Part shown: positions 34,791 through 45,259 of the stretch, one piece after another
Layout of the letters: each line of letters starts with the position of its first letter
Numbering within the stretch: the first letter of the stretch is position 1
DNA from: a virus
DNA length: 64,000 bases
IMG/VR virus record: IMGVR_UViG_3300025150_000003
Coordinates: 64,001-128,000 of that record
Strand: one strand, 5' to 3'
Notes under the pieces: model-generated
Told to the model about the DNA's origin: nothing
Databases searched by the model: none
What the model saw: the letters and a program-made list of their open reading frames with translations, nothing else
Made by a program: the position numbers and the translations under genes

Positions 34791-37700
34791 CGAAGAAGTC
34801 AGGATACACAGCATCCACAGTGGGGGATGCCAACCCGAAGTCCGGGCTGATGGGACCCGGTATGATCGCCACCGGGATGTGGACCTCAACAGGAGCCAGG
34901 CCAAAGTCTGGGCTGATGGGGTCCGGTATGACCGGATAGGCCAAGTAGAAATCTGAGAGCTTGTCCGACATCGCCCCGGAGTTGTCCTCGACCAGCGGGA
35001 CCTCGATCCCACCCGAGGTCACTCCAGAGAGCTTCAGGTTGATGTTGGCCTGCTGCTCCACTCCCTGCCCAGGAATCAACCGACGCTTGCTGGGGTAGAG
35101 GTGGGCCGATCCCGGTCCCAGAGTCCCCCCACCGAGCCCGTAGGAGCCACCAGAGGCAAACAGTAGACCGCCCGAGGGGTCATAGGACGCATCCTTGGGA
35201 GTCACCACCTTCTGCCAGAACTGCGTGCCCTCAAAGGCAAAGACCTCGGCCCCGACTGCTCGGCCGACTTTGTCCCCCGTGGCGAAGTGGTTCGCCATGA
35301 ACCCTGCCCCACCAAGAGGATCCCCAGTCCCAGTCAGGGAGTAGATGTCCTCGCCTTCATCAGTGGCCAGGCCCGAGAACCCCAGACCAGGACCACCTTC
35401 ACAGATCGCTGCAAGAAGCCCCGGAGACCCACCATTAGTGACCTCGATGAACTCCAAGTCCTCGTAGTGGGTCCCGGCCACATCACTGTAGGTGAGCACC
35501 CCGTCCACCACGGTGGCTACGGCATTGCCAACCTGACTCTTCGGAATCGGTGGTGTCCCCTCGTTGAGGAGGGTGACGCCATCGAGCAAAGGTTGAAGGG
35601 CCAGGTAGGTGTTCGTCACCGGCTTACCCGGCAAGAACATCACCGTGACGTTGGCGTGCTCAGCCGAGAACTCCCGAACCGCCCCGGTCAGAGGATCCGG
35701 CTGAAGGGTGAGGAGCTGGGCGAGGGGGTCGAACTTCCAGTAGTCGCTCGTCCAGATCGTGGACCCGTCGATGACCTTGTACACGCTCTTGGCGTAGAGG
35801 TGCGTGGGCATCAAACTCAGACGTGTTGTGTCCATCGTCTGGATGATGACCGTTTCCAACGCACGGTCCTGTCCCAGCTCGCCACTCGCGATGACGTTGA
35901 ACTGGTTGAGGACCATATGCTCCGGGGCAATGCGGTCTTCGGTCGGGTGCTTGAAGAGCTGGTAACGGACCCAGTCCCAGCGGGACTGAGAGAGGTTCTG
36001 AGAGTTGATAGACCCCCAAGTGATCAACCCCAGATTGTTGCCAGGGCTGCGTGGGAGGTCTCGGTACTCGACGTTGATCCAGCCGGCAGAAGGCCCTATG
36101 TCAGAATCACCCGCCGAATACCAAGGCGGATCCACCCCGGGGACCAGAGGGATGTCCGGCCGGAGGATGGTAACACCCCACGTCGGGTCACGATAGGCTT
36201 GCAACTCAATGTCTGACCGCCAGTCCCACCACTCGATCGCTGGCCCTGTAGCCCACGAGTTGGGGGCTGTCGTGACGTCCGTGCGGGGCAACTCGTAGTT
36301 GTTGATGTCAGTGAGATCCAAGGGCTCACTGATGCCCCGCACGACGCCAAGGGTCCGTACCAGGTCAGCAGGGGCCTGAGCGTGAACGTGGACGTAATGC
36401 CACTCTACGCTCGCCGTGAGGTTGGGGTCATACAGGTTGGCGAGGTCACGCCCAGAGCAGCCGAAGAAGGCCTGAGTGTTGTTGACGCCTCCTGTGAAAA
36501 GAGTGAATGCCACCGCAGGGGCCTGAACCACATCGTCGATGACCAGGGTCACCGTATCCAGCACACGATCGGCCAGCACACGGTAGGTGTGTACCTCTCC
36601 CGTCCAGTCGAAAGGGTACGCCTGAACCACGGCCCCAGAAGCAGTACGAAGACGTACCTCCTCGTTGCCCGAGGTCCCACCAATCTCCACCTGCACCACG
36701 GCATAGGGGCTAGTAGTCCCTACCATCTGGCAACCGAACACGATGCCCGTGTCCCCAGCAACATTGGGTGTCACGGCCACTACTTCGAGCTTGGCTTCCA
36801 GTATCCGGCCTTCATCTTCCTGGATGATGGTCTCCCCACCAGCTCCCCAGGTCAGGAAAGCCTCCCAACGCCCTCGGTTGTCCTCGTCCTGCTGCGTGAC
36901 GAACTGAGCCCCTTCGTGCAACCCAGTCAGGGTGGAGCCCGTCTCGGCAGCCCAGTCCATCTGCTCCGGCGGCACGAGCCCGGCCATGCTCACCTGTGGC
37001 AGGGTCACCAGGCTCCGGTAGAGAGTCGGATCCGCCGAGAAGTTCTCCCGCACGAGCAGGGCACGAACCCGGACCACACGGTTAGTGTCGTCGAGGTCGA
37101 TCCCGACACACCCTGAACCATCCGTGGCCGTGTCGATATGGAACGTGGCCTGCAAGTCCAGAATGGAGTCCGGGGCAAAGAAGGGCTCCACCCGGGTGTA
37201 ACCCAACCCCATCAGCACGGCGTCATCCGTGGAGGTCGCCTTGAGGAGCAAGGAGCCCGCGTCCACAGTGGTGTCCCCGAACATCGTCGATGGCCACCAG
37301 GCCCCACCATCCGCTGTGGAGTTGTCATCCGGCAGAACAGCCATCTCGGTGTTCACAGAGACGGAATGTCCCTTCAAGAACACCTGGTCCGGGATGAGGC
37401 CGTAGCGCAGGAACGACCAGGTTGCACGGCTTGTCGCCTGACGACTCAGGGAACCCCAGAAGACCTGACCCACGATCTCCCGTGGAAGGAGCAGAGTCGT
37501 CTGCGAAGCCGGGGGCAGGGCAGGGACGTTGCCGTCGATGGTCGCGACCACCCCGGCCGTCTCACCAGAGATCCGCAACTCCGCAAGCTGCTGGCTGTTG
37601 TCCAGGTCGATGCGATAGGTAAATGGCTTGGTGCTCGCCCGCGTCTCGAACACCATCTCGGTGTACTTGTTCCCGAAGGTGTCCCAGGGAGAGGGCAGCG

Positions 37701-40296
37701 CCGGGGTGAACTCGACCGTCGTCGTCCCATTGCTCTGAGCAGTGACGGACGTTGCGGTGTACACCCCGATCTGGGTTCCTTCCATCCTCTGGAACCGGGA
37801 ACCCACGATGAATCCAGTGGGCACCTGCACGGTGGGAAAAGCACCCATCGTCTGAGAGGAGGCCGTCAGGATGGCTCTGGGGCCAATGTCCCAGGCAGAC
37901 CACTCATGAAGCCGCTTCGGGTTGAGCAAAAGCCCAACGTGCTCAACCCCATTCACCCGCAGAATGCCACAGAAGTAAAGGTATCGGTTGTCATGCAGAC
38001 CAAAGCCAACCCCGGTGAACACCCCTTCCGTCGTAGGGGTGTCAGGCAGACCGCCTGGATTGGGATGACCCGAATCGAATAGGACAGAGTCAACCTGGAA
38101 TCGAGCCACCAGGTTGATGCTCGATGGGTAGGTGAGGTCGAGCCCTCGATGATAGGTCGTCGCCGACGTGCTGGGAACCTCACCCAGGAGGGGATCGATG
38201 ATGGTGTAGGTCCCAAGGTCCAGGCCCGTGTCGGAATCGTGGTCCACCCCACCGTAGTCTGTGCCGTCCAGAGCCCAAGCGGGCACTGCAACTACAGGCT
38301 TGACCAGTCCTTCGTAAGCGGCATTGACGCCCCCTACAAAGCGCTCGAACCCAGGCACGGAGACACGGCCTGGAGCCTGGTTGAGCAACAGAGTCGTGGG
38401 GCTGTTGATCAGGGCCGAGTAGGCCCGCTCAAAACCCAGGTAGCGGTGGCCAATGTAGAGAGGCTTCACCCGCTCGATTGGCCCCAGCACGATGTTCATC
38501 GGGAACCGACTAGTGTCCACCGCCCCCTTCGGGAAAGCAGGCAGAGTCTGGACGGTATCACCGTGTGCTGCGGGGTCGTGGTGACCGTGGCGGCAGTCGA
38601 ACTTGTTCAACACCAAGCCTGGTGTGTTCAGCCCAGCCATCTCCATAATGGGGGACTTGAACCAGACGTAGTCCACCAGCACTTCCACCGTGCCCGGTGG
38701 GGTCAGAGCCAGTGGGACTGCCAGAACGATCTCACCGATGTATGGGTTGACCGAGGCTACTGTGACCTCAAGGCCGTCCACCCACACCGTGACATCCTGC
38801 TTAGTAGCAGGAGTCGCATCTCCCCAGTTCTTGACCAGAGGGCCTCGCTGGGTGAGGAGACGGTCCCTGGTCAGCACACCGCCGCCGTCCTCCACGAAGA
38901 ACAGACTGGCATCCTCTCCCGTGACCTGATGAGGTTCTTGCACCCCGAGTCGATCCACAGAGACGGTGAACTGCTGCCCTGTCGTGGCGACCTTCATTCG
39001 ACGATCAAGGCGGAGCAAGCAGAGAGCGACCCGCACTCGGGTTCCAGGTCCGGCGGCTTCACCAACTGGCCCACCGTCATTGCCCTGAACCCACTTGAGC
39101 CGGTAGGTCCCAGCATTAGGGCCAGTGGTGAACGTCAGAGCCTCACCCTCAACGGCCAAGCTCCAGTCTTGGTCCGCATCCTCGATCACATCTCCGGTGA
39201 CCGTAGCAAATCCCGATAGGTTGCCCGGAACCGTCGTGTATGCCCTCGCGGTGGCATCTGTACCCACAGGAAACGCAAGTACATCTTCGACCCGGTAACG
39301 GCCCACCTGCCGCCAATCTGTAGAGGCACCTGTACCTTCCAGACCACCAATGTGGATTGAGTTGGGTCCTGATAGGACCACCAAATCGGCACCAACGGAG
39401 ATCTGGTCGAACTCCACGGTGGTGTCACTGAACAGAGTCCGGTCGGTCCAGGTGATCCCCGCCGCTCCCGAGACTTGTTTGGTCCCGCAGCAGAACTTGC
39501 GGAAGTCCTCGTAGTAGTAACTCGACAGATCCCAAGAGGAGGATGCGGAAAAGAACTGCCCGAAGACTTCTGTGAACAGGTGCCGGTACTCATACAAGGT
39601 GTGGGCGGGCTTCAAAGCCCGCATCACGATACGGACGTTCTCCTGAAGGACATAGGGGTCCTCAGGAAACCGCTCCAGCCCCGTGTCGGGATCCGTGTGC
39701 GAGACATTGATCTCGAACTCGAATTGGTCATCCAGCCCCCATGCCGAACCAGGCTGGATCTCCCATCGCCCCGTTGTGACGTTCCAGACCTTCTTCGTAG
39801 TGCTCCGAGCTGCAAGGGCCTTTTCGATGACCGTGAACGTGGCTGCCGACAGAAGCTCAAGCCCACCCTCGATGGTGGACTTCGTTGCCCCCTGGAGCAG
39901 AAGCTGAACCATCCGCTTGAGGAACTCTCGATAGGTCAGGTCGCCTTTGAGAGTCGGGAAACCATCCGTGGTGGCATCCGGGAAGACCAGGCTACCAAGG
40001 AGCTGGAACAGGAACTCGCCGCGAACGTAGTCGTAGTCGGAGTCCGCGAAGGCTTCCTGTGCGGTGATCTGGAAGTCCGCGATGGCCTCCGCCGCCGCTT
40101 GGAACTGGATAGTGTAGAAGGGACCCTGAACCTGCGAGACGTAGTTCGAGGGTAGGAGCTGGAGGAAGACAGACATGATGCTGTCCACCTGCTCCCGCCG
40201 GGTCTTGATACGGCCCTGCCCGCTTCCCCCCACTGGGGAAGGGTTCTGCACCAGCAAGCTCGGAAGCAGATTCTTGTCAGCGGGCTTGTCGGCCAT
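33751..40296 (-). CDS. Baseplate wedge (gpI/gp7-like) protein with long extension and C-terminal beta-propeller
   Basis: 2181 aa, located after baseplate J. Contains YREFLKRMVQLLLQGAT...ALKPAHTLY and about 7 C-terminal repeats GG-F...RxxIARLDPxTG...WDP. Confidence 0.75.
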   Translation of the reverse strand: MADKPADKNLLPSLLVQNPSPVGGSGQGRIKTRREQVDSIMSVFLQLLPSNYVSQVQGPFYTIQFQAAAEAIADFQITAQEAFADSDYDYVRGEFLFQLLGSLVFPDATTDGFPTLKGDLTYREFLKRMVQLLLQGATKSTIEGGLELLSAATFTVIEKALAARSTTKKVWNVTTGRWEIQPGSAWGLDDQFEFEINVSHTDPDTGLERFPEDPYVLQENVRIVMRALKPAHTLYEYRHLFTEVFGQFFSASSSWDLSSYYYEDFRKFCCGTKQVSGAAGITWTDRTLFSDTTVEFDQISVGADLVVLSGPNSIHIGGLEGTGASTDWRQVGRYRVEDVLAFPVGTDATARAYTTVPGNLSGFATVTGDVIEDADQDWSLAVEGEALTFTTGPNAGTYRLKWVQGNDGGPVGEAAGPGTRVRVALCLLRLDRRMKVATTGQQFTVSVDRLGVQEPHQVTGEDASLFFVEDGGGVLTRDRLLTQRGPLVKNWGDATPATKQDVTVWVDGLEVTVASVNPYIGEIVLAVPLALTPPGTVEVLVDYVWFKSPIMEMAGLNTPGLVLNKFDCRHGHHDPAAHGDTVQTLPAFPKGAVDTSRFPMNIVLGPIERVKPLYIGHRYLGFERAYSALINSPTTLLLNQAPGRVSVPGFERFVGGVNAAYEGLVKPVVAVPAWALDGTDYGGVDHDSDTGLDLGTYTIIDPLLGEVPSTSATTYHRGLDLTYPSSINLVARFQVDSVLFDSGHPNPGGLPDTPTTEGVFTGVGFGLHDNRYLYFCGILRVNGVEHVGLLLNPKRLHEWSAWDIGPRAILTASSQTMGAFPTVQVPTGFIVGSRFQRMEGTQIGVYTATSVTAQSNGTTTVEFTPALPSPWDTFGNKYTEMVFETRASTKPFTYRIDLDNSQQLAELRISGETAGVVATIDGNVPALPPASQTTLLLPREIVGQVFWGSLSRQATSRATWSFLRYGLIPDQVFLKGHSVSVNTEMAVLPDDNSTADGGAWWPSTMFGDTTVDAGSLLLKATSTDDAVLMGLGYTRVEPFFAPDSILDLQATFHIDTATDGSGCVGIDLDDTNRVVRVRALLVRENFSADPTLYRSLVTLPQVSMAGLVPPEQMDWAAETGSTLTGLHEGAQFVTQQDEDNRGRWEAFLTWGAGGETIIQEDEGRILEAKLEVVAVTPNVAGDTGIVFGCQMVGTTSPYAVVQVEIGGTSGNEEVRLRTASGAVVQAYPFDWTGEVHTYRVLADRVLDTVTLVIDDVVQAPAVAFTLFTGGVNNTQAFFGCSGRDLANLYDPNLTASVEWHYVHVHAQAPADLVRTLGVVRGISEPLDLTDINNYELPRTDVTTAPNSWATGPAIEWWDWRSDIELQAYRDPTWGVTILRPDIPLVPGVDPPWYSAGDSDIGPSAGWINVEYRDLPRSPGNNLGLITWGSINSQNLSQSRWDWVRYQLFKHPTEDRIAPEHMVLNQFNVIASGELGQDRALETVIIQTMDTTRLSLMPTHLYAKSVYKVIDGSTIWTSDYWKFDPLAQLLTLQPDPLTGAVREFSAEHANVTVMFLPGKPVTNTYLALQPLLDGVTLLNEGTPPIPKSQVGNAVATVVDGVLTYSDVAGTHYEDLEFIEVTNGGSPGLLAAICEGGPGLGFSGLATDEGEDIYSLTGTGDPLGGAGFMANHFATGDKVGRAVGAEVFAFEGTQFWQKVVTPKDASYDPSGGLLFASGGSYGLGGGTLGPGSAHLYPSKRRLIPGQGVEQQANINLKLSGVTSGGIEVPLVEDNSGAMSDKLSDFYLAYPVIPDPISPDFGLAPVEVHIPVAIIPGPISPDFGLASPTVDAVYPDFFVAPSFNGSSSAMAPDGSGGYYVGGAFTSVTDSVGTYARNRVCHLDSNGLVTAWDPNCDQNVYCVYVGVDGVYVGGRYTTIGGAARSNIARLDPVTGLADSWDPGTDSFGVNSVAEDGNGIYLGGFFANAGGAARNYIARIDPVTGLADAWNPNASQTVSHIVVDAAGIYTVGSFTTIGGASRSRIARLSPTTGLADGWNPNSSYSTRRIIVDPAGIYVIGDFAAIGAVFRNRVARIDAVTGLADSWDPDADATPLHLVPDAAGVYISGYCHTFGGVTTRNRIARLDPITGAPDAWDPDCGYTSTYAQKVECFVVRPGSGRVVIGGTFSAVTNNKLSGGTNFAVLSP

Positions 40297-40547
40297 CAGC
40301 CCTTCTCCATCCGAGTGTAGGTGGACTCAACCGTCCCCCACTCGTCCTGCCAGGAACGTACCCTGGAAAGGAAATCCTCCTGGGTGTAGTCCAACTCGGT
40401 ACAGCGGCTTGGACAACCCCGTAGGAGAGGATGGGACCATACCCTCTTGTGCACGTCGTCGATGAGGAGAGGACGTTCGATCTGTCGGCCTTCGGCATCA
40501 AAGACCCGGATCTTCTCGTTCTTGATGGCTTCACGGTCGTAGATCAT
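40296..40547 (-). CDS. Small hypothetical protein
   Basis: 83 aa, TGATG-coupled on both sides. Confidence 0.7.
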   Translation of the reverse strand: MIYDREAIKNEKIRVFDAEGRQIERPLLIDDVHKRVWSHPLLRGCPSRCTELDYTQEDFLSRVRSWQDEWGTVESTYTRMEKG

Positions 40548-43500
40548 CAGCTCACCTGGTCGTACACGAAGTTCAGGTTCCCGAGCACCAAGTGCTCGAT
40601 AGGGCCTGGTTCGATGTTCTTGACCCCTGTATCCCCCATCACGACGTAGGTGACGGCATAGTCATGCAGTGTCGGGGTGTCCAGTGGAACCCCACCCGGC
40701 ACGAAACTCACCAAGACACGATTGCTGGTGAGCATCTTGCGAATCCGCAGGATCTCGGCAGCCCGCTTGTCCACGTCACTGGGAAGAACGTAGCTCGCTT
40801 CGATGGTCGTGTTGTCCGAGTAGCCTGGGATGTTCAGGCCATCCCCGCCGATGATGAAGCAACCACCAGCGGAAGCCCTCAACGGGAATCCGTTGATGTT
40901 CGGGGGGATCTCGTGATGAACGAGAGATGCCTCATCCTGGAACACCCCTCGGAACTCCTTGCGCTCACCACCGGCATCAGAGGTTGCGGAATCCAAGGCG
41001 TTCTTGATGAGGTACACGTTGGTCGTGGCCGAAGACCAACCGTCCACACGGAAAGAATCCCCGTCAGTGTCCGTGGTGATGACCTCACGGACAACCTGAG
41101 CGGAGTCACCCCGGACCATCTTGACCAGCGGGGTCACCACGTAATCCACCCCAGTCACCGCATCGAGTGCACGAATCACATCCGACTGACGAACTGGGGT
41201 GCCCAGCCCGAAGTTCCCGAACAGCCGAGCCAGTGCCGTGCGAACATTGCTGTCCACAGTCCGTTCACTGGTGTTGGGCTGGAGGACGATCGTGGCCGAA
41301 AGGTCCACCGGGACCTCTACAGCCCACTTCGCGATGACATCCGCTGTGATGTGGGAATCGTTGTCAACCGTATCCTGAACGGCTGAGACAACTGCGTTGA
41401 CCAGATACTCCACGATGAAGTTCTCATCATGGGAGTAGTCCACAAGAACGGTCTGCCCCTCTACGATGCGACTGGCATCCGTGAGCTGGATGCCCAAGGG
41501 AGTGGTCTCATCCCCGTAGATGATGGTGAAATCCCGCTGGGGGTCCGTCGAGAGAGGCCCGTTGTACTCAATGGTTCGGTCGAAGTTCCAGACCCTCACT
41601 GTCAGGTGGTTGGCCCCAAGGTTGTCGAGGTACTCGATGCCAGTGAGCATCGAGTGGCTCTCCCCTGTCACCGTCAGAGGTGTTGATGACGGGATGGTGG
41701 CCCCACTGGTCAGTGGTTCCGTCACCTGTACATAGTCCCCAGCCATCGTGGAGCGCCCCAGTACCAAGGGATCCGAAGCCCGGTAGAGGTCGTAGATGCC
41801 CTCTGCAAGAAGACCTGTCTGCTCCCCCTCGAACCGAGACACTGAGATGACGGGCTGTCGGGTGAGCACGAACTTGTTGCTGGTCCGGTAGCGGTAACTG
41901 CCCCGGAACTCATCGGTCAGGGCATGGACGGTGGGGTCGTTGTAGTCCGTCGAGAGCTGGATCTCGTTGTAGGCGACGTACTCCACGTCGGTCAGGTCAA
42001 ACAGAGCACTCTTGGTGACGTTCTCGAACACCAGGTCAAGCGTGGGAAGGTCAAGCATCTCGATGAGCGGGTTGTCTGCACTCAGCGCTGGGTCGATGGC
42101 CCGGAACCGCAACGTAGCCAGATCCCCGACCGGCTCGAACTGCTGATGATCCCGTGTCTCGAAGGCGAAAGCGAAGACGTCGGTCACCCGGGCCTGTGAC
42201 TCCCCCCGCAAGTAGATGTCCACTTTACCACCCACGTGCCGCCCGGTCTCATTCCGGTCGCGCATCATTAGGCGATGGCCTGCATGGATGACGCTCACCT
42301 GAGCGACACCAGGGGTGTTTGTGGCATTGTTGACGTAGCCCTGAAGGGTCCCCGAGTCCACAGCGGCCAGGACTCGCAAAGCCCGCAAGGCGAGGTCACG
42401 ATTGGACTCACGGTCTGTACCCCCGAACGTCGGGGACTCATTCGTGACCCGAACGTTGAGGTCGTTGTTGCGGATGACGGTGATCTGCCCACCCGCCAGG
42501 TTCCCAGCAGAACCTGCGAAGTCCGCCTGGATGAAGGCTCGGCCGATGTACCGGCCCGTCTTCGGGTTGTAGTTCCGACCGACCCCCGTGGGGGAGATCA
42601 GTGCTGTGGACGTTGTGCGGAACGTGGCCTGCCCTGCCGAGAGGAGAGTACCGATGCTCTTGGTGATGGAAGCCGTGGGCTTGTCCACGACGTAGAAGGT
42701 CACCTCACCACGGGCTCGCTTCCCGCCCTCTCGGATAACCCCGTGGTTGCTAGCGAGTTTATCGAAAGCGTTGTCGATGATCGTCTGTACTTGGTCATCG
42801 CTCGTTAGGTGGAAAGCCTCCCGCAGAGCCGTCTTGTAGCTTGACTGACTCACCGCTACAGGGAATCCCGACAACGTGGGGTCGTCGATGAGCAGCAAAG
42901 TGGCGAAGCTCTGAGCGTTATGCAGGAAATCGACGATGAACCGAATCCGGTCGGCCTCGGTGGCGAAGGGGTCGATGAACGTATCCCGCAAGGCCGAACC
43001 GGGGTCCACACGGACTTGAGGCTGGCTCCTGTAGATGGATAGTACAGCCTTGCGGACCATCTGCTGCCGGGTCACCTGGGGGAAAGAACCCACCGTCGGC
43101 ATGATCCGCAACGGTGCCCCCACCACCTCAGGAGAGAAGAAGCTCTCGTACTCCACACCGTCAATGAGATGAACGGCGGTGGCAACATAGTACAAGGGTG
43201 TATTCTCGGGCACCGTTGACAACTCAGAGTGGGGCAGAGCCGGGTAGGTGCTACTCAGAGTGGCCTGACGGTCATGCTCGAAAGTGTACCTACGGGTCTC
43301 CCGTACACTCTTGATGGTGGTCTCCACCCGGAGCCGGTCGGTCGTCTCAGGGATGTTCAGCAGCTCGTCGAAGCTGACCCCCAACTCGACGTCGTTCTGG
43401 TCTTCCTGTGACCCCCGCATACGAAAGTACATCGGGTCAGCCACATGAAACCCCTCGGAATCGAGAACGACATTGCTGTCCACGACCAGGGATGCCAGAT

Positions 43501-44041
43501 CTGTCTCCGCTTCCACCACCTCACCAGAGATGACCATCGAGGGGTTGAGCCGGAAGTACCCTACATCCCCGCCACCTGGCTGGGAGCTAGCATAGAAGTG
43601 GTAGCCGACGACGTTCTCGTTGTCCTCAATACCCTCAGCCGTGATCTTGACGGTTGCGTTGAACCGCTCCAGATAGATGCCGGTCGGAGAAGCAACCAAG
43701 GCCCCAATGTCTGCCTCAGTGGAGAGGTGAGCATCCAGTACCGCCAACTGCGTGGCGGAGCCATTCGTGAGGATGGCTTTCACCCGAATGTTGTTCCCAC
43801 CAGCAAGAAGCTGGAGTCCATCTGGGTACGCGGAGGGGTTGGGGACCGTGAACGTTGTCCCCTCGAAAGTGATCAGGTTGGGGTCGCTGGTGAAAGCGGC
43901 CCCTCGGATCGACACCTGCATGTCCACTGTGTCCGCTGGCGTCGTTCCTGTGAAGAACTGCTGTGAGACCGTGGTGGACAGAAAGTAGTTCTGCCGCAGA
44001 ACGTTGTCGGGACCATTGAACTGAGGGTAACTCGCCATCAC
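40547..44041 (-). CDS. Baseplate J-like (gp6/gpJ) protein with N-terminal extension
   Basis: PGSALRDTFIDP, ARGEVTF, GSAGNLAGGQI, VTNESPTFGGTDRESNRDL, GGKVDIY and VRQSDVIRALDAVTGVDYV. Confidence 0.9.
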   Translation of the reverse strand: MMASYPQFNGPDNVLRQNYFLSTTVSQQFFTGTTPADTVDMQVSIRGAAFTSDPNLITFEGTTFTVPNPSAYPDGLQLLAGGNNIRVKAILTNGSATQLAVLDAHLSTEADIGALVASPTGIYLERFNATVKITAEGIEDNENVVGYHFYASSQPGGGDVGYFRLNPSMVISGEVVEAETDLASLVVDSNVVLDSEGFHVADPMYFRMRGSQEDQNDVELGVSFDELLNIPETTDRLRVETTIKSVRETRRYTFEHDRQATLSSTYPALPHSELSTVPENTPLYYVATAVHLIDGVEYESFFSPEVVGAPLRIMPTVGSFPQVTRQQMVRKAVLSIYRSQPQVRVDPGSALRDTFIDPFATEADRIRFIVDFLHNAQSFATLLLIDDPTLSGFPVAVSQSSYKTALREAFHLTSDDQVQTIIDNAFDKLASNHGVIREGGKRARGEVTFYVVDKPTASITKSIGTLLSAGQATFRTTSTALISPTGVGRNYNPKTGRYIGRAFIQADFAGSAGNLAGGQITVIRNNDLNVRVTNESPTFGGTDRESNRDLALRALRVLAAVDSGTLQGYVNNATNTPGVAQVSVIHAGHRLMMRDRNETGRHVGGKVDIYLRGESQARVTDVFAFAFETRDHQQFEPVGDLATLRFRAIDPALSADNPLIEMLDLPTLDLVFENVTKSALFDLTDVEYVAYNEIQLSTDYNDPTVHALTDEFRGSYRYRTSNKFVLTRQPVISVSRFEGEQTGLLAEGIYDLYRASDPLVLGRSTMAGDYVQVTEPLTSGATIPSSTPLTVTGESHSMLTGIEYLDNLGANHLTVRVWNFDRTIEYNGPLSTDPQRDFTIIYGDETTPLGIQLTDASRIVEGQTVLVDYSHDENFIVEYLVNAVVSAVQDTVDNDSHITADVIAKWAVEVPVDLSATIVLQPNTSERTVDSNVRTALARLFGNFGLGTPVRQSDVIRALDAVTGVDYVVTPLVKMVRGDSAQVVREVITTDTDGDSFRVDGWSSATTNVYLIKNALDSATSDAGGERKEFRGVFQDEASLVHHEIPPNINGFPLRASAGGCFIIGGDGLNIPGYSDNTTIEASYVLPSDVDKRAAEILRIRKMLTSNRVLVSFVPGGVPLDTPTLHDYAVTYVVMGDTGVKNIEPGPIEHLVLGNLNFVYDQVS

Positions 44042-45213
44042 TGGCCTCCAGTCAGGCGGTTGCGGTCATTCACCGCAAGGCCCCACAGTTGCTCTGTCCC
44101 CAGCCCCGCAGCTTCCGTGCCGAGCATCAGACCATTTCGCCCCATCAGGGCTACAACTTCAGGAACCGAGAATACGATGTTCAACTCGATGGGTTGCCCC
44201 GAGGAGTTCTGGACCGTCACCTCAATGAGGTAGGTCGTCGGGTCTTGAGCGTGTCGTTTCACGTTGACGGCGAGCACAGCGTAGAGCCGTTCCTTGAACG
44301 ACATCTGCTGGTACTTGGCCTGGTCAGCCTGAAGGGACTGCAACTGACCCAGTGCTTTCCGCACATCCTCGCTCAGCACTGAGGCCACGCCCGAGAGAGC
44401 CTTGGTTCCGATGCGCTGCCGCAGCGTGGTGCCGTACCACGGATAGAACGGGTTGGATCCACGATCTGTCAGCAGAATCTTGAGGGCCGCCTGGTAGAGC
44501 AGATCCTCATTCTGGATGATGATCATGTTGCCGCTCTCATCGAACCTGTAGTCGTTCTCGATGAAGCTGGCTTGGCACCGCAGGCACCGCTGCACTGGGA
44601 CCGAGTAGGTCACCTTGAGCATCGGGTTGGACCGGAGGGGCTTGCGGAATCGGACAAACTGATTGGTGATAGTATCCGGGCGGAGGTACAGGTCCCATCC
44701 GGGGTAGACCTCACGCCCGTAGGCCGCCCACGGTCGGTCAGAAACACCCGGTTGACCGAAACCCAAGCCCCCGGCCACCGACCCTGTCACCTTCACGAAG
44801 GCCGAGGGACCAACGGTGTTGGGGTCCACCAACACCAGGTATCCATTGTCGTTGCGGACTTCCACGTGGGTCCAGCCTGCGATCTGTACTCGGCGAATCA
44901 CCTGGTCTGTCGTCAACCGGATGAGAACTCGGTTCCCGAAGTCCAGTGTCTCAGAACCCCCGGTCGTCTCGACCGTGAAAATGCTCTCGTTCGGGATGAT
45001 GTCAAAAGGTCCTGACACCGAGCTAGAGAGCACCGCTGCCGAGTAGACGCCCTGACGAGGGATGAGGAAATCATCGTTGGCCAGCACACGTACCTGACCA
45101 AGGGCGGCAATAGGCTGCCGAGGGTCAAGAGACCTCCGGTCCTCCCCCAAGGGCACCACTTCCTCCACCGTCAGGTGTGGACATGGCCAGGCAAGTTGGA
45201 ACTCGATGGACAT
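44038..45213 (-). CDS. gp25/gpW-like baseplate wedge protein with N-terminal extension
   Basis: C-terminal LYQAALKILLTDRGSNPFYPWYGTTL...IG. Directly upstream of baseplate J. Confidence 0.8.
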   Translation of the reverse strand: MSIEFQLAWPCPHLTVEEVVPLGEDRRSLDPRQPIAALGQVRVLANDDFLIPRQGVYSAAVLSSSVSGPFDIIPNESIFTVETTGGSETLDFGNRVLIRLTTDQVIRRVQIAGWTHVEVRNDNGYLVLVDPNTVGPSAFVKVTGSVAGGLGFGQPGVSDRPWAAYGREVYPGWDLYLRPDTITNQFVRFRKPLRSNPMLKVTYSVPVQRCLRCQASFIENDYRFDESGNMIIIQNEDLLYQAALKILLTDRGSNPFYPWYGTTLRQRIGTKALSGVASVLSEDVRKALGQLQSLQADQAKYQQMSFKERLYAVLAVNVKRHAQDPTTYLIEVTVQNSSGQPIELNIVFSVPEVVALMGRNGLMLGTEAAGLGTEQLWGLAVNDRNRLTGGQ

Positions 45214-45244
45214 CGCTCTCCTCGGTCCTCCTCTTCTGCGGGGT

Positions 45245-45259
45245 ATAGGCCCGAAACCG
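45245..45259 (-). promoter_or_regulatory. Candidate second-class promoter CGNT-N7-CTAT
   Basis: CGGT-ttcgggc-CTAT upstream of 45213. Confidence 0.5.
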
